In this document: positions 13,340 to 25,329 of the stretch, one piece after another | Position numbering within the stretch: the stretch's first letter is position 1 | How the letters are laid out: each line of letters opens with the position of its first letter | From: Mesotaenium endlicherianum | Lineage: Eukaryota | Length of the DNA: 56,274 nt | Assembly (NCBI GenBank): GCA_009602735.1 | Contig: WELA01002181.1 | Coordinates: 62,733-119,006, forward strand | Direction of reading: 5' to 3' | Translations under genes and position numbers: made by a program | The notes under the pieces: generated by a model | The model's input: the letters and a program-made list of their open reading frames with translations, nothing else | What the model was told of the DNA's origin: nothing | Database searches by the model: none

Positions 13340-13870
13340 TGTTGTGAATCAATCAAACTCTCATAAGTGTTCGTTTAAGTGCTTAAGAAGACACGGCAAT
13401 GCTTTCATCACAGTGGGGAAGAAGCAAAATGTAGGACAGGCGTATGTACATGTGACCACTGACCACATGGGACGATGATGAGGTCATAATATTTTTCTCA
13501 ACGCAAAACCCTCCTTGAGCCTTCTTCGCCCCCCTCGCCTCATTAAATCTCGCGTATTGACTTAAACCCTTGCATGGTCCCATGAAACTTCGAAATCGAG
13601 GAAGTCCCGGAAACCTGAAAACGAGGGGCGCGGGAGGGGGGAGGAGAAAGGGCCTTCCTGTAGCTAAACCCTGGCCCTCTCTAACCAACACCACTGCATG
13701 CCCCGTGATCGTACCATACATATAACAACGACAACGGAGCGGCATAATTGCAACTCCAGAGCTCGTCATAATCTTCTTCTTATTCTAGTCGTTTAGTGTG
13801 ACACTTAAGGTCGTGTCCACTAAAATATTTGGAAAACAAATTCAGGCGATAGTCAAGTTCCGGAGCGAAT
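13340..13870. promoter_or_regulatory. Bidirectional promoter region TBCA/eIF3h with two telo-box-like TAAACCCT motifs (13563-13570, 13665-13672)
   Basis: Head-to-head start codons about 530 bp apart. The motifs match telo-box AAACCCT(A) without the last A. Confidence 0.5.
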
Positions 13871-16800
13871 ATGGCAGAAAATGGAGGTGAATAAATGGAA
13901 GTGATCTACATTTGTGCGGTATACTTGCTCGGTTTGTGGTTGTGGCCGGTTTGTTGGCCAGATTACCCCTGATGGTGGCTTTGTCGGATATCTTGCAGGG
14001 CCTCCTGCTATGAAATCGTTTGCACAAGCTGCATCACATGAAGAAGCCTCACAGCTTCTTCGCTCTGTCCAGATAGATGGCCTGGTAAATACAGTTGATC
14101 CATATGTTTCACGCTTGCTCTTATTCCTTTTAAGATGTTGCTCTCCCTGATCAAAGGTTGTTCGCAAGACCTGACAGAGGTTGTAGCTATAAGGCGAGGG
14201 GCATGTTAGCTTGGGATATATCTTAGAGTCACAATGATAGCCCCATGTGTTGGTGTTCCACAGTCCAATTACATGCCCGTTGTTCGAGTGTGCGCACGCG
14301 TTACATGATATGGACGGATATTTTTGCAAGGGTACTTAGAGCATCATGTAGTATACAATAAGTTTCCAATTCTTTTTCAACTAGCTTCCCAACCTACATA
14401 GATATAGAGGACAGCAGGAAGTGGACGAGTGGCAAGTGTGGGTAACTTAGAGCGAGCTCGCTGTCTCTCTTAGAGACTCTACAGCATGAAACTCAGTGAG
14501 CACAAACATGAACTTTCAGACTCTTTTAAAACATTCACCATCATTCTATCACCTTCAAGGGTTGAACGTCTTTGCAAGCATCGTATGGTTGTGGTCTGCT
14601 TGGTTCGCAGGCGGTGCTAAAGATAGTGAAGCACTGCAAGGAATGCAGCCCCGCACTTGTTACGGGACTGCTGCTGGGTCTCGACATCGGAAGCACCCTC
14701 GAAGTCACCAACTGCTTCCCCTTCCCGGTATGCTGGTCAGCCTGCCCTTGCTTCTCTCTGGAGGAGGCCAGGGGGGAGCTTTCTGCATTCAGATGCTTTT
14801 ATATAGAATATCGGAAAAGAGAAGCCACACTGCCAGGCCCCTCTTTTGGGCCCCTCTTCTGGACATCCCAGAATTGCTTAACTTGTAGCTTCCGGTTGTC
14901 TTGTGGGTCTTCTCATGGTCCTTGGTTGCTATGCTACATGTTACATGTTGTGGTACCTGGTGGAGATCTTACTGGACGTAAGCTAGGGCAGGGGCCTTTC
15001 TCTCACATAGCGCACTTCCACCAGATAGTCTCAGGAGTGTGGATTCCAAGGGGCACCTTGGCAAGTCACACATCTTCGGCTGAGATGGTGCCCTGATAGA
15101 TTGGTCATATGCTGCTTGGGCACAGAGCCAAGGCGGGGAAGAGGAGGAGGAGGGGGCAGACGGCGCGCTGTACCAGCTGGAAATGATGCGGTGCTTGAGA
15201 GAAGTCAATGTGGACAACAACACTGTCGGCTGGTCAGTCCTTCGACGCAGAACCCCCGTCTCCTTGTGTTCGGGATATACACTCCAGGAACTGATGGGAG
15301 GGAGATGGGGATTACCCTGTCTATAGAGGGTAGATGTGTCGTGGGTAGAGGTGAATGGAATATGAAAGGCTGCTAGTTGGTTCTTTTGAGCAAGTGCGGT
15401 ACAGCCCTGCTGAAGAAAGTCTGCTTGTTTCTTATGCATGGCTGCGCAAGCTGGGGCCTTGCTCGGAGCTGTATGCGGTACCGGTTTTTGTGTATCCGGT
15501 GTGCTGGAGGGTGAAGATGGAAAGCAGTCAGGATATTTGCTTCCTGGGGGGAAGTAGAGGGCATTTTTTGGACCAGGATCTTGTGGGCTGCAGCAGCCTT
15601 GGTAGATGCCCGATTAGGGAACCCTAGAGGAAGGCGTAGTGCAGGAAGGGGCGTAGGAGGTTGAAGGTGGAGGCAATGCTGGTGGTGCCCACTTTGTGGG
15701 GCTGAGTATTTGCTCCTTTGACAGGTGTCAGGTGTTGGAGCTGGGTTGGGCGGCAGGTACCAGTCAACATACCTCGGCTCGTATCAGACCGTTGACCTAA
15801 TCGACACGTTTCTGAACTACCAGGTGAGCATGGAGGGTTGCCTGTGCCTGGAGGCCTGGGCTACCTGTTGCCTGTTGCTTCCTGGCTTCACCTTTCGTGC
15901 ACACGTGCGGACTTGCATATTCCGGCCACTTGGCCTGCTCCTGGCCCACCAGGGCAGAGCCACCTTGTCCTCGTATCGAACATGGACGATGACGTTGCTC
16001 CCACGGGCCACTCGTCGAGTACAGTGCTGTGCATGCGCGAGGGCTTCTGCCAGTTCTGCTACTGCTGCCGCTGCAGCCGCTGCTGCTGCTGCCGCTGCCG
16101 CCGCCGCTGTTGCTGCTGCTGGTCCGGGTGCTGGGTGAGCCTGCCACAGAGCTGCCGCTGGTCCAAACGGTGTCTGACGTGCCTCTGTGCCTCGCCTCCC
16201 TGCTCTGGCGGGTGGCGGTGGCGATGGTGGTGCTGGCATGTGTGCAGGAGAACATAAAGAGGTGCGTGTGCATCGTGTACGACCCGCAGCGGTCGGGGCA
16301 GGGCTCCCTGGCACTCAAGGCGCTCAAGCTCAAGGACGAGTTCATGGAGCTGCACCGCGCCAACCAGTTCACTGGCGAGAAGTAAGCACCACTTCTCACC
16401 TAGCTCGCCTTGCCTCGCCTCTTCCCCCCCTCGCTCGCCTCCCCTCATGTCGCCTCCCCATCCTAGCCTTCCTCGTCTTCTCCTCTCCCCTTTTAACGCC
16501 CCCCCTCGCATTTCATCTCCTGCCCGTCTCCCGCCCCTCTTACCTTACCACCCTCATTTAGTCACTTGTGCCTGTTGCTGGTCATCGTGTGCCCATACTG
16601 GGAGGAATAGCCGGGAGGTGGAATGAGGGAGTAGAGGTGTGCACACTTAGAGGGGCTGCACTTGGTGGCTTCTGGTGACGGTCTGGAGGTACATATGGCC
16701 TTTCCACTCTGCCAGGCCTCGGAGAAGAGGCTGCTGCATGGTCGACCGGCTGCCTGTCTCTTTAGTGCTGCCGCGAGTTTCTGAGGTCGTGCTGGCGGGA

Positions 16801-17844
16801 CGTGGTCGTAGATCTAAATTGGCTCACAAGGTCTCACCCCGCCTCTCCCGGTGTGTCCCGCTCTCCCTCTGTGTGCGTGCGAGCAGGTTGAGGGAGAAGA
16901 ACCTGACATGGCAAGATCTGTTCGAGGAGATCCCGGTATGGTCTCTCTCCTTGCCTTCCTCTTGTTGGCCCTTGAGGCGCCATGTGGGTTCAAAGCACAA
17001 ATTAGGCCCGCACATGCACGCACACAAGAAACACACTTTCTCATTCCTCAGCACACACTGTGCATGTGTCTGTGCTTCATCTGCTCTTCCTCACATCCAG
17101 TCCCGCATGCAGTCTCCATCTCTCCCCCCTCTCGCGACACGCCTTGACGCCTTGACGGGTTCCGGGGATATCGTGAACGTCAGTGCCATGTGGCTTCTCT
17201 AGGCTGGAGGCTCTTATCGGCAGCCATAATTGGCTGGCCACAGGCGGCCTCACTGTAGAGCAGCAGCAGCAGCAGCAGCAGCACGACAACTAGGGAGCTG
17301 GCGAGGGGGGTATTCTGGCTCTCTCCTGCCCTCTGCGGCCAGCTCTCCTCCGCTGCTATCAGCCACAGGAGCTGGCCTTGGTGGGTGTCAAGACTAGAAT
17401 CGCAGGACGGGCTGGTTCAGTAGTGGCTGAGCCCAACATCAGAGGGAGCCTGAGGCACTTCTGCTAAGCAAGGGTGTATGAGTGATCGCTCCCTCATGGG
17501 CCTTTGTTACCAGAAGAAGTAGAATAAGAAGAAGAAGAAGATAGAAGCAGAAGAGCAGCAAGGGGCCTGGAAGAGCATCCTGCCGTCGCAAGGTGCCTTT
17601 TGGTGGTGCTGCACCAAGGCCATGCGGGCGGCTGCTCAATGTGATGTAGCAGGGGGTTCTTACAGGACTGGGCTTTGACCGCACCGCCAGGCGGCACGTG
17701 CAGTGGCACGGCTGCCACCGGGAGCAGAAGGCACAGGAGCAGGCTAGGTTGCAGTGGCATATGTAGAGGGGCACTGCACATCAACACGAACGCTTGGCAC
17801 GGGGAAAAGCGGGCCAGGCTACGGCGCCACCAGCAGGCGTACGC

Positions 17845-17891
<47 letters not shown>

Positions 17892-18156
17892 CGCGCGCGC
17901 AAGTGAGGGCTGACTGAGTGACAGCTGCTTGGCATGGGCGTGTGTGGTGCATGGCGAGTGGCAGGTCAAGGTGGCTAACTCGTCGCTGGTGAGCGCCATG
18001 ATGGCCGACCTCGAGCCCCAAGCGCCCGTCAACCAGGTCAGCTGCTTTCCCCTGGCAGTCAGCCCCTCTTATCACCCCTCCCTTCTCGTCTCTTCCTATT
18101 TGCTCCCCTCTCCTGTGTTCCCCACCCTCGCTGCCTTCCCTCTATGGCTGCAACTC

Positions 18157-18249
<93 letters not shown>

Positions 18250-19818
18250 NTTTGATCAGAGGTCTTCCAGCCATGCATCTGCCCCTTATTTCACGAAATG
18301 GTCCTGGAATGCTAGGGCAGGGCACGGCACAAGACCTTCTTGTTGGGCGCATGGCAGAGCCTCACGCAGGCTAGGGCTTGTTTCAATGAGAGTGCCTGCA
18401 TGCTGTAGCTGTATCGTTGGGCATTACCTCGCCCTCGGTTGTACGCCAACCCCATGTCGTGCCTGGGTTGTGCCTGCTGTACAGCTGTCGGCCCTATTGG
18501 GCTCATTTGCACACTCAGCAGCGCTTCTTCCCCGTGCTTGTGCTGGCTTCTCCGCCCTCCTGCGTCCCTGGTGAAGCTACCGTGTGCTGCTGCTGCTTGC
18601 TGTTGCTTGCTGTTGCTTAGGCTCGGCACATCCCAGGCTGCGCTGAAGTGCTTTTGGCGCCTGCGGGCATCTGTGTGTGTCGCACGCCTGCGTGTGGGGT
18701 CGTCGGGCTGCAGGGAGACTACGACAGGCTGGTGCTGTCCACCAATCCGTTCCTGGAGAAGAACCTGGAGTTCCTCATCGAGTGCATGGACGACCTGGGC
18801 ATGGAGAACCAGAAGGTGCCCCAAGCCTCCCCCCCCCCCCGGCGGCCCCTCTACCCTTCATCGCATTCCTTCCTTGCTCCTGCTGCTGCGCCTGCGCCGG
18901 GGCCTGCTCCTCCTCCAGTCAGTGCTTGCTCGCAGCAGTGTGCTGTCGGCTTTGGTGCGCTGCTGCTGACCATGCCTTGGACGGCAATGGTGCATGCGCA
19001 TGCGGAGCGATACTTCGCTTTGTGCCCTCCACCCTGGCCTGGCTCTGCCCTCCCCACCGGCTCAAACACCTTCTGTTACTGTCTTTATGTGAGCTTGTGT
19101 GTGCTCGTCCCCTGCTGGGCTCTGTCATTTGCTATAATCGCACAGCAGCAACAGGCTCTTGCCGCTCCTTTCTGGTGTGAACCAGAGCCCCGCCTGGTGC
19201 TGATACTGCGGAGAAGCGCTGGTGCGTGTGGCTGGGTGACTGGGGGGGGTTGACAGTTCCACCACTACTATAGACAGGTGTCGCGGCAGCAGGCCCAGCA
19301 AGCAGCATGGCTCCAGAAGCGAAGGTGACGAGATCCCCCGCTGCTTGTGCTCTGTTGCTCGTTATTTTGTGGCTGCTGCCCGTGATTTACTTTCTCTCAC
19401 CTCTGCCCCTATTAGTTCATGAAATTCGTATTATGCAGTGTCTCTCCTTTGGTTTTGCGGCTGAACTGAGTCATCCTCCCGCGCGCCAGCGCACGCTTCT
19501 CTTTTCCCGACGCTTTCCACGCTGCGCTATTGAACTCCTTCCGCGGGGGNCACTCTGCATAGTCTCTGAGCGTGTGCAACATGCCTGAGAGGGCCTCCCT
19601 GAGCGACGCATTGCCTGGAGGCTGAGTCTCTAGCGGCCCTTAGCCTGGCTGTGTGGTCACCAAGGTACCAAGGCAACATGCCAGTTGAGTAGGTGGTAGA
19701 ATAGAGCCCTAGCTTGGGGAGCACCGCGTGCAAAGCTCAGGGTCTAGGGACTGCTGTGCAGCTCCCCCCCCCCCCNNNNNNNNNNNNNNNNNNNNNNNNN
19801 NNNNNNNNNNNNNNNNNN

Positions 19819-19905
<87 letters not shown>

Positions 19906-20602
19906 AGCAAAGCAGAGGCCAGGAGGGCACATGCAGGCTGCCGGACGGCATAGGGCTTGCTGTTTCGTAGTCCTGCCTCCACATAGAGTAGGCTGCTTGC
20001 TGATTGCTCACTTGCTGCGATGCGCGTGGTGTTGTGAGGCGCGAGCAGGGCTGAGAATGCGGCTCGCAGAAGTGCCGGGGAAGAGCCCCTGCCAGAGGAG
20101 GAGCCCAGCAACCCCATCTTCAAGCCTCTGCCTGAGCCTGCTCGCCTTGACACATACCTCATCACGAACCAAGTTTCTAACTACTGCCAACAAATCAACT
20201 CGTACGCGCTCGCCCCCTGCTCGCCCCTGCCGTGACTCTCTTCCTGCTCCTTTTGCAAAGTTGTCCTAGTCTGATGGCCGTCTATGTGATGCAAGTTGGT
20301 GCGGCCCGTAGTATACACATTATTTCTACTGGGTCGCTCAGTGTGTTGCCTTTTGTTTCCTACTCTGCCCTTTGGAAGTAAGTGAATGGTGTGGCTTCTA
20401 CTGCCAAGCTCGAGGTGGTGGTGATCAACTTTATGAGGTGTTCACCTCTTGCTCGTGTCAAGTATTCACTTTCTTGGAGCCTCACGTCGAGTTTTTGTTG
20501 GCTCTTGGCCGTGTCTTCGTGTGCGGCGCCACCTTGTTGTGCAGGTTCTCTGGACCAAGTTTTGGCAAAATGTACCTTATGGATGCCTTTCATGCGCAAT
20601 AG
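13871..20602 (+). CDS. eIF3h: Eukaryotic translation initiation factor 3 subunit H (MPN domain)
   Basis: Exons 13871-13886, 13999-14084, 14611-14727, 15126-15232, 15757-15823, 16248-16381, 16887-16935, 17965-18036, 18714-18815, 19257-19324, 20049-20201, 20545-20602(TAG). Motifs VQIDGL|AVLKIVKHC, LLGLDIGSTLEVTNCFPFP, YQLEMMRCLREVNVDNNTVGWYQS, CVCIVYDP. The first 16-nt exon is less certain; ATG 14010 is an alternative start. Confidence 0.95.
17837..17901. repeat. (GC)n(GT)n(GC)n perfect alternating purine-pyrimidine tract
   Basis: About 65 nt of uninterrupted RY alternation in an eIF3h intron. Confidence 0.9.
18158..18249. repeat. Poly-C homopolymer (~92 nt) ending at an N; length may be artefactual
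   Basis: Seen directly, adjacent to a scaffold N. Confidence 0.7.
19819..19905. repeat. Compound (TC)n(AC)n microsatellite
   Basis: Seen directly next to a gap in an eIF3h intron. Confidence 0.9.
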
Positions 20603-21406
20603 GCTGCAGTCTAGTGACGTGCGTGTGCTATCCGAGCATGCACAACACAAACATGTTGGCAGCAATGCCTTCAAGAATATAATACTTATTGCCTTCGGTG
20701 TACATAACCTGTAGTATGATTCTTTGAGAGCTTGCTGACTGCAAATGCATGGTCAGTGGCTGCACAAGCCATGTGGCGTACTTCGCTGATATCTACATCT
20801 GCCGGGTCTACTGCTTGTTTGCGTGCACGTCATTATGTTCCATGATTGCGAAAAGGTTCAGAATGTCACTATTGAGGCCTACTTGCATGGGTCGATGTTG
20901 TTGACATGCTCAATCTTCATGTCGGTGGTTGCTGCCAATGTACACTCTTCGGACCCTGATGTGTGCTATCCAAGTCCAAAACTGCAGCATGCCGCACTTC
21001 ACTTGGATGCCCAACTGAGAAGCGTCCATACTTTTGATATGCCCAACTAGGAGAATCATACATTCTGATAGCTGGTGAAGACAACCAGTAGCAGATCGTT
21101 CAGGAACAGACACCACACAGAAAGAAAAACAACCATAAAAGCTTTATTGTACGTTGTCATCTAATCGCAACTTGGCATCACTCAGGACTTCCCTAGAGCT
21201 GCGCATTTAATTAGCTAGTGGAGGCAGACCACATCAAGCTGTCTACAAGTGAAAAGGCAAGGCTAAGAGACAATTGAAGGTGATACTCTCACATGTTAAC
21301 GGACAACTACACATCACTCACCTGCCACCAAGCCACTGTCGAGTAAAGTAGACACTTGCCTTCCTACTCCTGATTAAACCCTAGTGCTCGCCCTGATGCT
21401 CAGGGC

Positions 21407-24400
21407 CTACGTTGGTTTTGTAACCAGGGTCTGCACCTGCTCTAGCAACTTGAGAAAATCCCCGCCTACGTCGGCACCTCCTCCTCCTCCAGCAGCAGCA
21501 GCAGCAGGGGCGCTGGTACCAGCCGGCGAGAGGCTGGCGAGCAGCCCCCCTAGACCGGTCAAATTTAGAGGCCCGGGCGGAAGAGCAGGCGAAGGTGTAA
21601 GAGACGGCTGCGGGACTGCTCCCAGCGGGCCAGCCGCAGGAGCTCCCAAGTGCGGAGCAAAGCCACTGTGCCCGTGCACATCACTTGCTGGACCTGCAGA
21701 GGGCCCCGCTGGCATGGGCTGCAGCAGCTGCTCAGCTGGAGCTCCCGGCAGCCCAAGCGCAGGCCCCGCCACCGCCGCTGCATCCCCCATCCTAGAGAGC
21801 GGTGGTGGCACAACTAAGCCCGGCCCATAGTGGGGAGGCATGGGCTGGGATTGGACAGGGGCGGCAGCAGCGCCAGCTGGCGGCGGCCGCCACACAGCTC
21901 CCCCCAAGCTCTGGCCGGGGCCAGCAGGCCCGAACCCAAACCCCGGTGGCCGCTGCTGCTGCTGCTGCTGCTGCCAGGTGCCACGCGGGGGTGCGCCGGC
22001 AAACTGCTCGCGCTCCTTGGCAGCGTGCTCCAGCTGGCGCTGGTAGGCCTCGCGGCCGGCCTGCGGGCGGTCGGCGTCGTGCGCCTGCAGCTCCTTGAGG
22101 CGGAAGTGCACCTTGGCGGACCCGAACGGGCGCGTCTTGTTGGCCTTGACGTCGCGCATGGCCGCCGCCGCGTCGTGCGGGTTGCGGAACGCCACCTGCG
22201 CCGTCTTCGACTGCCGGTACACGCGCATGTGCTCCACTAGCAGGGGCCCGTAGCGCGCAAAGTTGGCCTTCAGCTGCCCCTCCGACGGCAGCGCCAGCGA
22301 GTCCGGAAACCGCATGAACAGCACCTGGGAGCCCCTCCCCTCGCGCTCCTGCTCCGGATGGTACCCCCGAGGCGGCGCGGACGTGGCGGGCTGCGCAAAC
22401 TGCCGGCCGCCGCCCGATGACCTGCCCTCCAGCGCCATCCGGGTGCCGCTGACAGGAGGCCCCCCCACAGGCGGCCCAGCAGCAGCAGCAGGAGCAGCTG
22501 CAGCAGCAGCAACTGCACCCGCCCTCTCTTCTTTCTTACTTCTCTCTGCACGGCTGTAAACCTTCTCCTTCTCCGGCATCTCGTCGCTCCAAGCCCAAGG
22601 GGAGGATGGCCTCCCAGAGGGCGACAGAGGCTCCTCAGCTGCTCTGCCAGGGGGGCGCTCCACAGGTGACAGCTCTTCGCTTTCAGAAGCCGAGTTTTCT
22701 GCTGCCGCCGCCGCCACCACAACTGGAGGCGGCAGCGTGGTGGCGATTGCCATGGCTTTCTTCTTCTTCACTTTCCTCTTCTCCTGCTTCTCCTTCGCCT
22801 GTGGCGCATCACTCTTGGCTCTCTTGGCTCCCTTGTCGGCCCTGGACTTCTTCAAAGCTGCAGCTCCTGCAGCAGGGGCAGGGGCAGAGGCAGAGGCAGA
22901 GGCAGGGGCAGGGGCATCCAGTGCAGAAGCTACCGAGGGCTTCGTCTCAAACTCGTCTCCCTGCGTGCCGTTTCTCTTCTCCTCCTTCACCACGGCAGCT
23001 TCTTGCTTCACGGGGCCATGGCCATCCCCCAGCTCCTCCTTCGCCTCCTTCTCCTCCACGCCCTTCACCTCAGCTGCCCTAGCTTGCGCCTCCATCTTCG
23101 CTTTCTTCGCCACATGCCCCCACGAGTATGTGGCCTCTCTGAGGCGCTTGATCTGCTCCGCAAACTCCTCCACGTTCTCACTCTTCCTCGCCCACGACGA
23201 CTTGGGGCATCTAGCCAGGCGCCGGACATTGCCCAGGAGGTGCTTCAGCCAAACCTTGCCCTTCCTCTTCTTTGCAGTCGCCGTCTCAGACGCTCCTTGT
23301 GCTTGTGCTGGCACGGGCGCATCACCGGCCAGCTTCTCCTGCCCCTGTGCCCCCCCTTCCTCCTCAGATTCCCCTTTAACCACCTCACCAGCCTCTGCAA
23401 TTGCCTCTGCAGCAGGAGAGGGTCCTGCTCCTGCTGTTTCTTCACCTGCTCCAGTCTTCTCCACTGCCCCCTGTGTGAGCAATGTTGCGTCTATTGTGAC
23501 GGGGGAAGGACTTGCAGCCTCAAGGTCGTCAGGCTCTGAGGCTGCTTGACTAGGCGTGTTCTTTTCCGCTGTTTCTGACTCTTTTAGAGCCTCACTGGTC
23601 TTTGCCTTCTTGTGAGAGGGTTTCTCCTTCGCTTTCTTTTCCTTCAATGGTTTTTCTTTAGATGGCTTTTTGGGTGTGCCTCTTTCCCTCTTCTGAGCTC
23701 GAGGCTTGCCCCCCAAGCTCTTTTGTGCTGAATTTGAATGAGTCCCATCTACGCCTTTCCCAGTCTCTTCTGCAAGCTCGTCAAGCCCCTCACCAAATGC
23801 ATGGTCTTCCAATCTGTTCTTCCTTTTACCCAGAAGGTCACTTATTACAGCATCCTCAGATGAGCTACTCTCCCTCACTGACCTATCGCCTTCAGCAGTC
23901 TTTGCATCCTCCTTTTCAAGACCCGTACCTTCAGCTGGCGGCTTATTCAGAAGAAAATCTAGCAAAGAAACATTAGGAGGTGCAATTGCTGATGCTGACC
24001 GTGCAGCGAGAAGCCGAGCTCGAGACGACGCAGCCTCAGTCACGTCACCGAGAAGTATGTTCTGATAAGGAGCCTTCGCTAACTGCTGAACGTATTCAGA
24101 CAGGGTAGGGACCAGACTAGCATGTAGCTCACGTAACTCCTCATGGCCGCTGTCCCTTAAACTCTGAGTGAGAAATTCCTCTGCAAGACGGTCATACTGC
24201 ACCAAGGCCTGCGCACAAGCTGTTCTAAATAACTGTGTGCTGCTCGCCGATGCCCTCTCAATGAAGCAATCCGAGAAGGGCCTGAGGTCGCTTACGCGAA
24301 GCCAATTAAACGTGTTGTCACCGAAAAACGCTATGAGAATGTGATCAGGACGGGCCTTAGCACGAGCTTTTCTGGAAGCTTTGGAGGGGTCAAACAACAT

Positions 24401-24472
24401 GGCGGGCCACCATGGATGAGAACGAATATGGGCCCACACCACTTCCCCCATTTCAGGCTTCCAGTTTTCCAT
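21407..24472 (-). CDS. PWWP-domain chromatin protein of the plant PDP type with C-terminal RRM-like domain, intronless, ~1021 aa
   Basis: Single ORF. N-terminal GEVVWAHIRSHPWWPAMLFD...LIAFFGDNTFNW (PWWP); C-terminal LFMRFPDSLALPSEGQLKANFARYGPL...RVYRQSKTAQVAF and terminal helix DFLKLLEQVQTLV, as in plant PDP proteins. First ATG at 24472 (the ORF track starts at an upstream non-ATG codon). Confidence 0.88.
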   Translation of the reverse strand: MENWKPEMGEVVWAHIRSHPWWPAMLFDPSKASRKARAKARPDHILIAFFGDNTFNWLRVSDLRPFSDCFIERASASSTQLFRTACAQALVQYDRLAEEFLTQSLRDSGHEELRELHASLVPTLSEYVQQLAKAPYQNILLGDVTEAASSRARLLAARSASAIAPPNVSLLDFLLNKPPAEGTGLEKEDAKTAEGDRSVRESSSSEDAVISDLLGKRKNRLEDHAFGEGLDELAEETGKGVDGTHSNSAQKSLGGKPRAQKRERGTPKKPSKEKPLKEKKAKEKPSHKKAKTSEALKESETAEKNTPSQAASEPDDLEAASPSPVTIDATLLTQGAVEKTGAGEETAGAGPSPAAEAIAEAGEVVKGESEEEGGAQGQEKLAGDAPVPAQAQGASETATAKKRKGKVWLKHLLGNVRRLARCPKSSWARKSENVEEFAEQIKRLREATYSWGHVAKKAKMEAQARAAEVKGVEEKEAKEELGDGHGPVKQEAAVVKEEKRNGTQGDEFETKPSVASALDAPAPASASASAPAPAAGAAALKKSRADKGAKRAKSDAPQAKEKQEKRKVKKKKAMAIATTLPPPVVVAAAAAENSASESEELSPVERPPGRAAEEPLSPSGRPSSPWAWSDEMPEKEKVYSRAERSKKEERAGAVAAAAAAPAAAAGPPVGGPPVSGTRMALEGRSSGGGRQFAQPATSAPPRGYHPEQEREGRGSQVLFMRFPDSLALPSEGQLKANFARYGPLLVEHMRVYRQSKTAQVAFRNPHDAAAAMRDVKANKTRPFGSAKVHFRLKELQAHDADRPQAGREAYQRQLEHAAKEREQFAGAPPRGTWQQQQQQQRPPGFGFGPAGPGQSLGGAVWRPPPAGAAAAPVQSQPMPPHYGPGLVVPPPLSRMGDAAAVAGPALGLPGAPAEQLLQPMPAGPSAGPASDVHGHSGFAPHLGAPAAGPLGAVPQPSLTPSPALPPGPLNLTGLGGLLASLSPAGTSAPAAAAAGGGGGADVGGDFLKLLEQVQTLVTKPT

Positions 24473-25329
24473 ACTGATAGTAAGCTGGCACAAGGTATCG
24501 ACGTTGGTACTTTGCTTACAAGAGGGTCACGAAGACCATCCTGCTCAAGCCTCACACACGTCCTATCAGCTCCTCAAGGTCGCATCTCGAGCATTGTGTG
24601 CTTCATTGCGTTTAGCCTGGAAGTGCTCTCGCCAAGTTGCCCTCTCTTGCCCATGGTTGCCTGGAGCTGATATATCAGGCAATTGTATATTCAGTTCTAA
24701 AAATGTACCAGGTCTACAACCGCAATATCTTGCCGGTTCCACGTGCTGCCACGAGGTTGAACAGGGTAATTGCGCAGGATTAGTAACCGAAAACAGAACG
24801 CGGAAATACAATATAAAACGCCATGAAAAAATTGTACAGATCTGGTCTAAAAGTAAAGCTTGGACAATCTTGACGCGTTTACGCGCAATTGTCCCAATTT
24901 GTCCCAGTTCATCCAATATTGCTCGGGTCAGCGCGGGTACCAACTCCATGGTATTAACCGGGGCAGAACTGGGGTGTCGAAAGTGCCTGGCAAGTGATGC
25001 GTGCGGTGTCAACCTTCATGCCATCACGACCTTTTGCTGCAAGACACTCGAGTTCCATATTCTGCATGTTTGTGTTGTCTTATTGCTTGTGTCTTTGGCC
25101 GGTTGTCATCCTTCCTTCTTCGTAACACATATCTTATCAGTGTAGAGTACTTTAAATATTTTCAATTTTCCGTGTCTTACCCTGAAACTCCAGACGAGCG
25201 TTATCGCTAGCAGATAATACGTCCAGTCAAACGTCTATTGCCATCTATATAGTCTGACATTACTCTGTGTGCTTGTCTTGATAACGGCACTTTGACGTCT
25301 AGCACCAACGGTTCTGGAAGGTCATAGCC

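Noticed and set aside
21384..23549. Plus-strand ORFs antisense to the PWWP gene (and similar ones opposite XPD and the transporter)
   Set aside because: Shadow ORFs caused by high GC3 on the coding strand; no recognisable domains.
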